Part shown: positions 33,331 to 42,728 of the stretch, piece after piece
Layout: every line of letters starts with the position of its first letter
How positions within the stretch are numbered: the first letter of the stretch is position 1
DNA from: Candidatus Zambryskiibacteriota bacterium
GTDB taxonomy: Bacteria; Patescibacteriota; Minisyncoccia; Phycocordibacterales; Zambryskibacteraceae
DNA length: 64,000 nucleotides
Direction: 5' to 3'
Assembly: GCA_016180955.1 (NCBI GenBank)
Contig: JACPAD010000001.1
Span: 8,527-72,526, forward strand
Translations under genes and position numbers: made by a program
The notes under the pieces: generated by a model
What the model saw: only the letters and a program-made list of their open reading frames with translations
Told to the model about the DNA's origin: nothing
Databases searched by the model: none

Positions 33331-35100
33331 CTAAAAATTATCTTTTTTCAACGTTAATGGCGCCGGAGGTGCTGATTGCCTATCCGGTGGGATGTCATAG
33401 TAATTAATTAAGAATTTAGTGATGTTGAAAAAGGAATCGGTCAAAGTTTCGGAGGCGAATTGCACTCCTTTCGGATTGTAAGTGAATAGGAAAATCAAGA
33501 ATTCCGGGTCATAGCTCGGGAAGTAGCCGAAGAAGGAGTGCAGGAAGAGGTCTTCGTAATACCCTCCCCCGCCAACACGGGCAATCTGGGCCGTGCCGGT
33601 CTTAGCCGCCACACTGTAATTCTCAAGCCTCATCTGCCCGAAACGCAGAGAGCGGTCCACCACCTCCGTAAGCATCCGGGAAAGCTCGGCCGATGACTCC
33701 TGGCTAATCACCCGTTTACGCCCCTCTTCCGCGGGGTATTGAATAGTTTTTCTACCTCCTATTTTGTACCTGACTTCTTTGGCCAGATGCGGAGTAATAA
33801 GCGTGCCTCCGTTTGCCAGAGCCGATAGGGCGCGAACGGTGGCCATAGGCGTTAATGCAATACCTTGGCCGAAAGAGGCCTGAGCCAGTTCAAGACTGCG
33901 ATTACTTTTGAGATTCGAGACTAAAGAGAGACCTTCGTTGGGAAGGTCTATGTCGGTCTTGTCGCCTAAACCGAAGGACATCATGTATTTACTGAATTTT
34001 TCGTTCCCCACTCTTACCGCCACGTAGGCCGCGCCGGTGTTTAAGGACTGGTTTAGCACCTCCTGCATGGTAACGGATACGCCATGACTTTTGCCATCGT
34101 AGTTACAGAAAGTTTTGGTATTGAGCGTCATACAACCGGGGTCATTGTAAGTAGTTTTAGCAGTAATGGCACCGGTATCAAGGCCGATGGCGAAGGTTAA
34201 GGCCTTGATAATCGAGCCCATCTCGTAACGGTCTTCTACTAAAATGTTTCTGAAGATATCCGAACTCTCCGCTTTCTGCGGAGAGTTCGGGTCGAAAGTC
34301 GGCTCCAGAGCCAAGGCAGCAATTTCGCCGGTTTTAGGATTGATAACGATGCCGCCGGAGAAATCGGAAGAATATTTTTCCGTTATTTTCTTCAGCACGC
34401 TTTCAAGGAAGGCCTCGACAGATGGCTCGATGGTGGTAACGATATCTCCCTCAATCGCCTCCCTGTCCTTGACTACCGATTTGACGTTGGAAAAAATCTC
34501 GGCAAAAAAGTTGACGAAGACGTCATCACTCTCTCTTTTGAGTGTTTCCTCGTAGTAGCGCTCCAGACCATAGCGACCGGCAAGCTCATCACCGGAATAG
34601 CCAATGAGTCCGACAGCATGTGCAGCCATACTCTCGCCGGGATAAATACGCCAGCGCTCACGCGTGACAGCTAGTCCAGGAATTTTCTGCGCCTGTATCT
34701 TATCAGCCAAATCTTTTTCAAGCCTGGTGGCGAGCTCCTCATAAGGGTCGTTGAGTTTACCCGCCTTAAGCATGAAAAGCTCTTTTTCCAACGGAACAAT
34801 GGCATTGATTTGCTTATAGATACTTTCGAGGTCGCCACGGTCTCGAAGAAGATTCGGATTAGCGCTTAAGAGAAAGCCAGTTTTAATGTTTGCCGCCGGC
34901 ACGAGAGCCCCGTCTTTGGTGGAAAAAAAGATCGAACCACGGTCGAAGTAGCTGACACCCGCAACGTACTGGTGTTCCGCGCGCGCTCGAAATTGTTCGC
35001 CGGAGATGATCTGGACAAAGTAGAGTTTGCTTATGAGCACAAAAGTAAAAAGAAGCAGAAGAAGTGTCAGCAAGCGCAATCTGTTCCCGGAAGCGGACAT
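33331..35100 (-). CDS. ftsI: Penicillin-binding protein 2/3 transpeptidase (FtsI-like)
   Basis: SxxK (SIIK), SxN (SLN) and KTG (KTGTA) motifs. N-terminal TM helix. Downstream of ftsL-like in the mraZ operon. Confidence 0.9.
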   Translation of the reverse strand: MSASGNRLRLLTLLLLLFTFVLISKLYFVQIISGEQFRARAEHQYVAGVSYFDRGSIFFSTKDGALVPAANIKTGFLLSANPNLLRDRGDLESIYKQINAIVPLEKELFMLKAGKLNDPYEELATRLEKDLADKIQAQKIPGLAVTRERWRIYPGESMAAHAVGLIGYSGDELAGRYGLERYYEETLKRESDDVFVNFFAEIFSNVKSVVKDREAIEGDIVTTIEPSVEAFLESVLKKITEKYSSDFSGGIVINPKTGEIAALALEPTFDPNSPQKAESSDIFRNILVEDRYEMGSIIKALTFAIGLDTGAITAKTTYNDPGCMTLNTKTFCNYDGKSHGVSVTMQEVLNQSLNTGAAYVAVRVGNEKFSKYMMSFGLGDKTDIDLPNEGLSLVSNLKSNRSLELAQASFGQGIALTPMATVRALSALANGGTLITPHLAKEVRYKIGGRKTIQYPAEEGRKRVISQESSAELSRMLTEVVDRSLRFGQMRLENYSVAAKTGTAQIARVGGGGYYEDLFLHSFFGYFPSYDPEFLIFLFTYNPKGVQFASETLTDSFFNITKFLINYYDIPPDRQSAPPAPLTLKKDNF

Positions 35101-35117
35101 TTACGCTATTTTAGCGC

Positions 35118-35483
35118 TTACCTCACGGTATTTAAAGTAAGAGAAATATTGGGTGTACGAGAAACGAAGAGTGGCTCCCCCACTTCATGGAAGCCGAGTT
35201 CAATGGCTCGCTCCATGGTCACCGCGTTCCTTAAGGAAATAGAGGCGAATTCAAGCGTGCCAAGCTCAGCAGCAAGTCCGGCTACTTCCCTTTCCAAATT
35301 CTCTCGCACGGCAATGTGGTGGGCAGTAGCGTTTATAGCATAAGTGTAGAGTGCGAGTGAAAGAAGAGAAACTGAAATCAAAAACCAAAAAGCTCTCTCG
35401 CGGCTCTCGTATCCTGCCGATGCTAAAACTTCTCCGAAAGGTAGAGTCAGTTGATTATGATTTATCTTTATTCTCCTAGTCAT
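35118..35483 (-). CDS. FtsL-like small bitopic membrane protein
   Basis: Position between rsmH and ftsI. Single TM helix (FWFLISVSLLSLALYTYAI). 4-nt overlap with rsmH. Confidence 0.45.
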   Translation of the reverse strand: MTRRIKINHNQLTLPFGEVLASAGYESRERAFWFLISVSLLSLALYTYAINATAHHIAVRENLEREVAGLAAELGTLEFASISLRNAVTMERAIELGFHEVGEPLFVSRTPNISLTLNTVR

Positions 35484-36280
35484 ATTTTCTTAATAATTCT
35501 TAGTTTGGCATTGCGTGAGCGGGGGTTTCTCTTAACCTCTTCGGCGCTTGGGACAATAGGTTTTCTTTTCTCCCCTTTTTCTCTAAAGAAGTTCTTCACT
35601 ATCCGGTCTTCAAGGCTATGGAATGAAATTACCACCAGTCGTCCGCCAGGATTCAATATTTCCCATGCTTTCGATAATCCGACCTCTAATGCTGTCAGTT
35701 CGTCATTGACGGCAATGCGCAAAGCTTGGAAAACTTTTGTTGCCGGATGAATGCGGCCCTTTCTGTCTCCAACCACTTCAACCAGATCAAAGGTGGTCTC
35801 AAAAGGCTTAATTTCCCTTCGCCTTACAATCTCTCTGGCAATCTTTTTCGAGAACTTCTCTTCTCCGAAGCCGCGCAAGATGAGCTCAATGGCATGCTCA
35901 TCGAAGGAGTTTAAAATATCGGCTGCGGTAATGCCCTTGCCAGACATTCTCATGTCGAGCGGCTCGTCTTTCTGGAAGGAAAATCCTCTTCCCGCCCCGT
36001 CAGACGGGGCAAGTTGATCGCTCGAGATGCCGAGGTCGAAGAGAATGGCGTCTGGCCTCACATCTGCCAGAAGTTTGTCCAAGTCTTGGAAGTTGCCGGT
36101 AATATCGGCACCAGTTAGAGGATCTTGATCAATAGTGACGACTTTTACCTTCGGAAATTGTCTCAAGATTTCCTTACTGTGCCCGCCAGAGCCATATGTA
36201 GCATCTACGAACACTTCACCGTTCTTCAGATCCAAGCTCTCCACTACCTCGTGTAAAAGAACAGATTTATGTTTAGGCAT
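35480..36280 (-). CDS. rsmH: 16S rRNA (cytosine1402-N4)-methyltransferase
   Basis: HKSVLLHEVV and DATYGSGGHS motifs. Start moved to ATG 36280 (MPKHKSVLL). Confidence 0.9.
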   Translation of the reverse strand: MPKHKSVLLHEVVESLDLKNGEVFVDATYGSGGHSKEILRQFPKVKVVTIDQDPLTGADITGNFQDLDKLLADVRPDAILFDLGISSDQLAPSDGAGRGFSFQKDEPLDMRMSGKGITAADILNSFDEHAIELILRGFGEEKFSKKIAREIVRRREIKPFETTFDLVEVVGDRKGRIHPATKVFQALRIAVNDELTALEVGLSKAWEILNPGGRLVVISFHSLEDRIVKNFFREKGEKRKPIVPSAEEVKRNPRSRNAKLRIIKKI

Positions 36281-36668
36281 ATTCCGATTCGAGTTTTCTC
36301 CTGTAGCTAGCCCATTTCTTGTCATTCCAGATTTCCACTCGGTCATGGACGCCGGTGATGACAATGGGATTCTTCAAGTCTGCGAATTCCCGCAAGAATT
36401 CCGGAATGAGAATCCTGCCTATGGAGTCAATCTCGATTTCAGATGCACCCGCGAAAGTGAACCGCGCGAAGCGATGGTCAGTTTCTACGTGCCCGAGCTT
36501 CTTAACCTCTTCCGAGATCTGAAGCCAGGTCCTGTGGGGGTAGAGAAAAAGACAATGATCTTTGCCTCGAGTAACAACAACTTTTCTGCCGAGAGCTTTT
36601 CGGAATTTGGCAGGCAAAGAGAAACGATTCTTCTCGTCAACGATATGTGTGTACTCGCCGATAAACAT
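36273..36668 (-). CDS. mraZ: Transcriptional regulator MraZ
   Basis: MFIGEYTHIVDEKNRFSLPAKFR and a second SpoVT-AbrB repeat. Confidence 0.9.
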   Translation of the reverse strand: MFIGEYTHIVDEKNRFSLPAKFRKALGRKVVVTRGKDHCLFLYPHRTWLQISEEVKKLGHVETDHRFARFTFAGASEIEIDSIGRILIPEFLREFADLKNPIVITGVHDRVEIWNDKKWASYRRKLESEYA

Positions 36669-36682
36669 TGTGTTTTCATGAT

Positions 36683-36718
36683 ACCACTATTTCCCACTCA
36701 CATACTATTCTATCCCAC
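36683..36718 (-). promoter_or_regulatory. Candidate MraZ boxes: GTGGG / GTGGG / GTGGT repeats upstream of mraZ
   Basis: Minus-strand GTGGG at 36718-36714 and 36697-36693; GTGGT at 36687-36683 (spacing 21 and 10 nt). TATCAT -10 follows. Confidence 0.45.
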
Positions 36719-36815
36719 CTAGCTCCATCTTACTAGGCGAAAAAGCCACTTTTCCCTTCTTCTGTGGATAACTAAATATTAGATTCCCTCTATTATTAGA
36801 GCAAATTAAAAACTA

Positions 36816-38777
36816 TTAAATGTCAAGTACCGCTTTTTTGGCGTTGCTCTGGATGAAAGATTTACGGGACGGGACGTCGGTGCCCATGAGAACATCGAAG
36901 ATGCGGTCGGCCTCGCGAGCGTCATCGACGGTAACTTGTTTCAATATGCGTTTGGTTGGGTCCATGGTAGTTTCCCAAAGCTCGTCGGAATTCATTTCTC
37001 CTAAACCTTTGTAGCGCTGGATATCGGTGGTCTCTTTTATTTTATTTTTCTCGTCATCAGAGTAAGCATAGAAAAATTCTTTACCCTTCTTAATTTTATA
37101 GAGCGGCGGCTGGGCTATGTAGACATAACCTGCGTCGATAAGCGGGCGGAAGAATCTGTAGAGCAAAGTGAGAAGAAGGGTGCGTATGTGCGCGCCGTCG
37201 ACGTCGGCGTCTGTAGCGATAATAATTTTATGATAGCGAAGCTTTGTAATATCAAACGTGTCTCCGATAGCCGTGCCGAGAGCGACCACTAAATTTTTGA
37301 TTTGCTCTGATGCAAGCATGCGGTCGAGACGAGCTCGCTCGATATTTAAAATTTTGCCGCGTAAAGGCAGGATGGCCTGAATGCGCCTGTCGCGGCCCAT
37401 CTTAGCCGTACCGCCGGCCGAATCTCCCTCCACAATAAAGAGCTCCGACTCCTCTGCCGAGCGGCTCTGGCAGTCCGCGAGCTTGCCGGGGAGAGTCATA
37501 CCCTCGAGAGCCCCCTTACGCAGCACCGAGTCTTTAGCCGCCTTGGCGGCCTTACGGGCCTTCAAAGCCAATACTACTTTCTGAATCATGGCTCTAGCAT
37601 CGTCAGGATTTTCCTCAAGGAAGGCAGAGAAAGCGTCACCAAAGACGGTCGTCACCATGCCTTGCGCCTCTACCGAGCCAAGCTTAGCTTTAGTCTGACC
37701 TTCGAATTGAATCTCCTTTAATTTGATTGAGATCACGGCAGTCAGTCCTTCCAGCACGTCATCACCGGTGAAGTTGTCTTCTTTTTCACTGACCAAGTTA
37801 TTTTTGCGAGCATAATTGTTCAAGCTTCTGGTCAGGGCAGTTTTAAAGCCGGTTAAGTGGGTGCCGCCTTCGGCGGTGTAGATGTTGTTGGCGAATGGCA
37901 GAATACGAGAAGAAATATCGTCGACGTATTGAAGCGCTACCTCTACCATCTCAAAGTCGTTGCCATTAGCAGTCTTCTCGACATAGAAAATATTTTTGTG
38001 AATTGCTTTTTGATGCTCGTTCTCAAAGCGCACCAACGATATCAGACCGCCTTCGAAGTAGAAGGACATCGAAGGGGCATTAAGCCCCAGTTCGCGGATG
38101 TAAAAAACCTCTTTACTTGGAAATTGAGCTTCCAAGTTGCGTGCGTCGATGACAGAAATGCGCAAACCCTTTATCAGATAGGCTTGCTGGCGCATATGGG
38201 TAACGATGCGGTCAAAGTTGAAGTTAGTGTCTGGGAAGATAGCCGGGTCGGGTTGAAAAGTAATGATGGTGCCGTGGATTTTAGATGCACCGATTTTCTT
38301 GACTGCGCTTTTCCTCTTGCCTTGAGAATATTCTTGGACATAGACTCCGCCGTCGCGATGCACTTCGGCCCGACACCAAATCGAAAGGGCGTTCACTACC
38401 GAACCGCCGACACCGTGAAGACCGCCGGAGATTTTGTAACCCTCGCCGCCGAATTTCCCGCCAGCGTGCAAGGTGGTCATGATGGTTTCGAGAGCCGAGA
38501 CTTTGGTTTGCTTATGAATATCGACGGGTATGCCGCGGCCGTTGTCTGCCACACGGACGCGACTGTTGGGGAGAAGTGTGATTTCGATGTCGTTGGCGAA
38601 GCCGCCCATCGCCTCATCCCGGGAATTATCAAATATCTCGGTGACCAGATGATGTAAGCCATCTGGACCGGTAGTTCCTATATACATCCCCGGACGCTTC
38701 CTGACCGGCTCCAGACCCTCCAAAACGGTAATGGATTCCGCGCTGTAGCTGCCTGTCTTTGACTTCTTTTCTGCCAT
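36816..38777 (-). CDS. gyrB: DNA gyrase subunit B (type IIA topoisomerase B subunit)
   Basis: GHKL ATPase motif (HHLVTEIFDNSRDEAMGG), Toprim EGDSAGG. Start moved to ATG 38777 (MAEKKSKTGSYSAESI). Confidence 0.85.
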   Translation of the reverse strand: MAEKKSKTGSYSAESITVLEGLEPVRKRPGMYIGTTGPDGLHHLVTEIFDNSRDEAMGGFANDIEITLLPNSRVRVADNGRGIPVDIHKQTKVSALETIMTTLHAGGKFGGEGYKISGGLHGVGGSVVNALSIWCRAEVHRDGGVYVQEYSQGKRKSAVKKIGASKIHGTIITFQPDPAIFPDTNFNFDRIVTHMRQQAYLIKGLRISVIDARNLEAQFPSKEVFYIRELGLNAPSMSFYFEGGLISLVRFENEHQKAIHKNIFYVEKTANGNDFEMVEVALQYVDDISSRILPFANNIYTAEGGTHLTGFKTALTRSLNNYARKNNLVSEKEDNFTGDDVLEGLTAVISIKLKEIQFEGQTKAKLGSVEAQGMVTTVFGDAFSAFLEENPDDARAMIQKVVLALKARKAAKAAKDSVLRKGALEGMTLPGKLADCQSRSAEESELFIVEGDSAGGTAKMGRDRRIQAILPLRGKILNIERARLDRMLASEQIKNLVVALGTAIGDTFDITKLRYHKIIIATDADVDGAHIRTLLLTLLYRFFRPLIDAGYVYIAQPPLYKIKKGKEFFYAYSDDEKNKIKETTDIQRYKGLGEMNSDELWETTMDPTKRILKQVTVDDAREADRIFDVLMGTDVPSRKSFIQSNAKKAVLDI

Positions 38778-38873
38778 TTGGGTAACCTCTATTTTAGCAT
38801 ATTTAGAGCCCAAAAGAAAGACGTTTTCCCCAATTTTTACACTATCTAATTACATCTATAGCTCACGGTCGTG

Positions 38874-38879
38874 TAAGAT
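38874..38879 (+). promoter_or_regulatory. TAAGAT -10 box 6 nt before the ATG at 38886; leaderless candidate
   Basis: TAAGAT 38874-38879. Confidence 0.35.
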
Positions 38880-38885
38880 AGATGT

Positions 38886-39455
38886 ATGGGTAAATTGGAA
38901 GAAAAAAGTAAGAGGAAGGCCAAACGTGGAGAAATCCAAAAGTTGATTTTGGAGGCCGTTAAATTTGCGGGAGTTTTAGGTGTCGGTCTGGTGGCGCCGA
39001 ATGTGATAAGCGCCATGCACAAGGCAGGCATTCTTACAATCAAGCGCCAAAGTGAGGTGGTAAGCTCCTCAGCTTCCAAACTGGCTAAAAAGGGCTGGCT
39101 CAAATTTAATGGCAAATTCTACGAATTGACGGAGGAGGGAGAAAGAAGACTAAGGCAATTTGAGTTTCAAGGATACAAACTTATCAAGCCGAAAAGATGG
39201 GATGGAAAGTGGCGAGTAATAATTTTTGATATTGCGGAAAAGAAGAGGACTGTGCGCGACCGCATCCGCCTCTTGCTCGTGTCAATCGGTTTCTATCGTC
39301 TTCAAGACAGTGTTTGGGTCTACCCTTACGACTGCGAAGATGTCATAGGCCTTTTAAAAACTGATTTCGGAGTCGGAAAAGACGTTCTGTATATGATTGT
39401 TGATGAAATTGAGAATGATAAGCGGCTTCGGGAAGAATTTGGTCTCCCTTATTAA
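38886..39455 (+). CDS. PaaX-like regulator (N-terminal wHTH plus Cas2/VapD-like ferredoxin-fold C-domain)
   Basis: WDGKWRVIIFDIAEKKRTVRDRIRLLLVSIGFYRLQDSVWVYP resembles the PaaX C-terminal / Cas2-like pattern. Confidence 0.55.
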   Translation: MGKLEEKSKRKAKRGEIQKLILEAVKFAGVLGVGLVAPNVISAMHKAGILTIKRQSEVVSSSASKLAKKGWLKFNGKFYELTEEGERRLRQFEFQGYKLIKPKRWDGKWRVIIFDIAEKKRTVRDRIRLLLVSIGFYRLQDSVWVYPYDCEDVIGLLKTDFGVGKDVLYMIVDEIENDKRLREEFGLPY

Positions 39456-39548
39456 TTTTTTATTCTTATATAACTCATTTACATTTATGAATAACGGTCG
39501 TTATAATTAGATGTAGGTAGTTTAAATGATTGTTTATTAAATTTAATT

Positions 39549-39580
39549 AAAAAAACGACCGCCCGGTGGTGGCCGGGCGG
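39549..39580 (-). terminator. GC-rich hairpin plus U-tract terminator after the 76-aa ORF
   Basis: CCGCCCGG (39559-39566) pairs with CCGGGCGG (39573-39580). A-run on the plus strand at 39549-39555. Confidence 0.7.
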
Positions 39581-39596
39581 CGGGGTGCGGGGTGGG

Positions 39597-39827
39597 TTAT
39601 TGAGAGAAGTCGGTGCCTTCATCCTTGATAACCTGGCCGGCGGATGCGACCGCTTTCTTCTCGAGCTCGGAGAGTCCTTGCTTGAGAACTGCCTGCACGG
39701 CCTCTCGCATGTCGAGTTGACAGTGGCCGCAGTTACAACCATGATCGCCCTGCCAGTGTCGTCTCTGCTGGTCTCGAAATGCCAGAAACATCACATCGCT
39801 CAATTGAGCCACATCTCTTACATCCAT
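39597..39827 (-). CDS. Hypothetical 76-aa protein with H-x-C-x-C-x-H-C cluster (GC-rich micro-island)
   Basis: GGAGGA SD (39836-39831). TAGACA-17-TAGGAT promoter (39871-39843) inside the pheS 3' end. DHGCNCGHC motif. Confidence 0.5.
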   Translation of the reverse strand: MDVRDVAQLSDVMFLAFRDQQRRHWQGDHGCNCGHCQLDMREAVQAVLKQGLSELEKKAVASAGQVIKDEGTDFSQ

Positions 39828-39868
39828 ATTTCCTCCACTATCATCCTACATTCAAATACTGTGTATGT

Positions 39869-41011
39869 CTATACCCGTCGAATTACGGCATTGAAATCGG
39901 ATTCGGTTCGATTTTCCAGTTCCGCATGGACTTTATTTACTTCCTCGTTGGTAAGTGTTCTCTCGAGATGGCGATATGTGATGCGGAAGGTGTAACTCAA
40001 CTTCCCCGCCCCAAACTTCTCCGCGTTCTCATATTTATCTAAGAGCTCGACTTGTTCTATCAAATCTCCGCCAATGTCGCGAATCAGGTCGAAATAGTCG
40101 TTTGGTATGAAAGTGTTGGGGACGATGAAAGAGATGTCGCGCGTGACCGGCGGGAATTTGGAAACTTCTTTATACTTATGACCGAGCTTGAGTTGCTTTC
40201 TAACTCGCTCGTCATTAGACCAAAGGAGGCGAATGTCGGGCAGGTCCATCGAGGCCATAGCCAAGCGCTCAAGGCCGAAGCCGAACGCCCAGCCGTTATA
40301 ACCTTCCAAGCCGAAGTTCTTCAAAACACTTTTTCTTGGCAGGCCAGAACCAAGCATCTCCATCCATACCCCATTGATATATGCCTCCATCTCATAGGAA
40401 GGGTCGGTGTACGGGAACTGGTGGTCGTAGAAACGGAACTCTACATCGGCGCCGAAAATGGCTCGGGCAATCTCTGACAAAACATTTTTTAAATTTTCCG
40501 GTGTAACCGTCTGTTTATTGTCCGGCGCAAGATAGAGTCCGCCAATCTGGTGGAAGACGTTCATGTGCCGGTTATCAATCTCGTCCTTTCTGTAGACCTT
40601 GCCGTGGCAAATAGCGCCGAAAGCTTGGCCTTTGGCGACTCTTCCTTTAATTAACGGATGATTGAGATAGTAGTACCAGAAAACGGTGTCATGCGTACGC
40701 AAGACATTTTCCTCATTAACATAATAAGTATCTGACTTGCTCCTAGCGGGATGGCCTTCCGGCATGTTGAAAAGGTCAAAAAGAATAGGAACCGGAATGA
40801 TTTCCGGCACCTTGATGACATCAAACCCTTCCAAACTTTTGACTTTAAGCGTCCTGTCCACAATTTCTTTAAGTGGGCTACCCTCGGTGCGGGAAAGATC
40901 GGGTAGATTCAAAAAACGCTTGAGCCGTTCGGCTTCAGTATCGTGCCTCTGGTCAAGTTCAGCCAAGAGCTCCTTTTCTTCCCTGCTCTGTATGACTATA
41001 TTTTCTGACAT
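39869..41011 (-). CDS. pheS: Phenylalanyl-tRNA synthetase alpha subunit
   Basis: Class II core (FRFYDHQFPYTDPSYEME, GWAFGFGLERLAM). Start moved to ATG 41011 (MSENIVIQ). Confidence 0.9.
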   Translation of the reverse strand: MSENIVIQSREEKELLAELDQRHDTEAERLKRFLNLPDLSRTEGSPLKEIVDRTLKVKSLEGFDVIKVPEIIPVPILFDLFNMPEGHPARSKSDTYYVNEENVLRTHDTVFWYYYLNHPLIKGRVAKGQAFGAICHGKVYRKDEIDNRHMNVFHQIGGLYLAPDNKQTVTPENLKNVLSEIARAIFGADVEFRFYDHQFPYTDPSYEMEAYINGVWMEMLGSGLPRKSVLKNFGLEGYNGWAFGFGLERLAMASMDLPDIRLLWSNDERVRKQLKLGHKYKEVSKFPPVTRDISFIVPNTFIPNDYFDLIRDIGGDLIEQVELLDKYENAEKFGAGKLSYTFRITYRHLERTLTNEEVNKVHAELENRTESDFNAVIRRV

Positions 41012-41032
41012 CGTCTTATATGCTATGGTATA

Positions 41033-42295
41033 GTGGATTTTACTGCAATGCCGGACTTCCATTTACTTATTCTTTATTGCTCGCTTTTCATCTCGCTTTT
41101 CTTCGAAGTGTTTCTTCTCATCACTTACCTAGAAGTGAAAGAAGAGATTAAAAGCGAGGACGAAAGGATGAAGAAAAGCTTCTCGAACTATCCGACCGTA
41201 ACCATTATTGTCCCCTGTTTCAATGAAGAAAAGACCGTAAGGGCGACGGTCGAGTCGCTTTTAAATCTCAACTATCCTAGAGCCTTGCTCTCTCTCGTTC
41301 TCGTCAATGACGGCTCAACTGATAATACCCTCCGAGTTCTCAATCAGTTTAATGACTATCCGCAAGTCAAAGTTTTAGACAAAGAAAACGGCGGCAAGCA
41401 TACAGCTGTGAATCTCGCATTAGAGTCTGTAACTACGGAACTAGTCGGTTGTCTTGATGCTGATTCCTTCGTTACCCCCGAGGCTCTTAAAAAAATTGTT
41501 CCCTATTTTGAAGAAAAAACCGTCATGGCGGTTACCCCGTCCATTAAAGTCCATGAACCGAAGAATATTCTCCAGTACATCCAGCGAACCGAGTATAGCT
41601 GGTCGATCTTCCTGCGCCGGATGCTCTCCTCTATGGGAGCGCTGTATGTCACGCCGGGACCGTTCTCTATCTTCCGCACCAGAGTGTTCTGCGAACTGGG
41701 TAGCTACCACCACGCTCATATGACAGAAGATATGGAAATAGCCCTGCGCATGCAGAAGCATCATTATAAAATCGTTAATTCCCACAGCGCGCATGTCTAC
41801 ACCATCACGCCGAATACGTTAAAGGGCCTCATCAAGCAGAGAGCGCGCTGGGCTTACGGCTTTATCAACAACGGCATAGATTACAAAGAGCTCTTCTTCA
41901 ACAAAAAGTACGGGCATATCGGCATGTTCATCCTTCCTATCGCCACTTTTTCCATCTTCTCGGCTATCTTTATGGTCAGCCATGTACTGTGGGGTTGGAT
42001 AGAGGAAGCGTCTCAAATGCTGAACCGATTCCAAGCAGTCGGCTTCAATTGGAAACTCTCTTGGCCGTCATTTGACTGGTACTTTATCAACACCGGTGTT
42101 CTTCCCCTCATCGTCATTACCGCTGTCGGCTTAACACTCTTTATCCTCTATCTCTCGCTCAAACTAGCTGACGGTAAATTCAAGCTTCATAAAGGTATCT
42201 TCTACTACCTTTTCCTTTATACCTTTATGGTGCCCCTCTGGTTAATAAAAGCGCTTTTTGACACAGTCTTTAAAAGAAAAGTAAGTTGGCGATAA
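41033..42295 (+). CDS. Processive family-2 glycosyltransferase with C-terminal TM bundle (PgaC/cellulose-synthase-like)
   Basis: VIVPCFNEE, DADS and QRARW (QxxRW) motifs. GTG at 41033; alternative ATG at 41048. Confidence 0.85.
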   Translation: MDFTAMPDFHLLILYCSLFISLFFEVFLLITYLEVKEEIKSEDERMKKSFSNYPTVTIIVPCFNEEKTVRATVESLLNLNYPRALLSLVLVNDGSTDNTLRVLNQFNDYPQVKVLDKENGGKHTAVNLALESVTTELVGCLDADSFVTPEALKKIVPYFEEKTVMAVTPSIKVHEPKNILQYIQRTEYSWSIFLRRMLSSMGALYVTPGPFSIFRTRVFCELGSYHHAHMTEDMEIALRMQKHHYKIVNSHSAHVYTITPNTLKGLIKQRARWAYGFINNGIDYKELFFNKKYGHIGMFILPIATFSIFSAIFMVSHVLWGWIEEASQMLNRFQAVGFNWKLSWPSFDWYFINTGVLPLIVITAVGLTLFILYLSLKLADGKFKLHKGIFYYLFLYTFMVPLWLIKALFDTVFKRKVSWR

Positions 42296-42420
42296 AAGCT
42301 CCGCAAATATAGCCCAGAAAACCGCGCTATCATTTCTTGCTAGAAATGCACGCTCCACTCGCACCGTCGCGCTCCATGACGCTTTTCTGCCCTACATTTG
42401 CTCCGCTACGTTTTAATACA

Positions 42421-42455
42421 AAAAGAAACGCCGGCGCAGGATAGGTCCGCGCCGG
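42421..42455 (-). terminator. GC-rich hairpin plus U-tract after the 57-aa ORF
   Basis: CCGGCGC (42431-42437) pairs with GCGCCGG (42449-42455). Plus-strand AAAAGAAA at 42421-42428. Confidence 0.65.
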
Positions 42456-42467
42456 ACGTTGTGAGAG

Positions 42468-42641
42468 TTAGTTGTGAGATGTGATGAGTTTTCGGCACAT
42501 CCGCTTCAGCCACCACCAGGTCGGAATGCCGAAGACAATCATCATATAGACTGCCAACGGCCAGTAGCCCAAGTTGTCTGCGGAATGGGCAAGTTGTTCT
42601 GGAGAAAGGGGTGGTGGCAAACTGCCAATTGCAGAGATCAT
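42468..42641 (-). CDS. Hypothetical 57-aa membrane protein (GC-rich micro-island)
   Basis: Own translation MISAIGSLPPPLSPEQLAHSADNLGYWPLAVYMMIVFGIPTWWWLKRMCRKLITSHN. GGAGG SD (42650-42646). TTGACA-17-TATCGT promoter (42686-42658). Confidence 0.5.
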   Translation of the reverse strand: MISAIGSLPPPLSPEQLAHSADNLGYWPLAVYMMIVFGIPTWWWLKRMCRKLITSHN

Positions 42642-42694
42642 ATAGCCTCCTGTATTTACGATAAACTAGATTTATGATATTGTCAACACGCTTT

Positions 42695-42727
42695 ATTCGT
42701 ATCATTCGATATAATTCGTAAGATTCT
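42695..42727 (+). promoter_or_regulatory. TCGTATCATTCGAT box plus phased ATTCG repeats upstream of the thioredoxin-like gene
   Basis: Box 42697-42710. ATTCG at 42695, 42704, 42714 and ATTCT at 42723. TATAAT 42710-42715 or TAAGAT 42719-42724. ATG 42729. Confidence 0.45.
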
Positions 42728-42728
42728 T

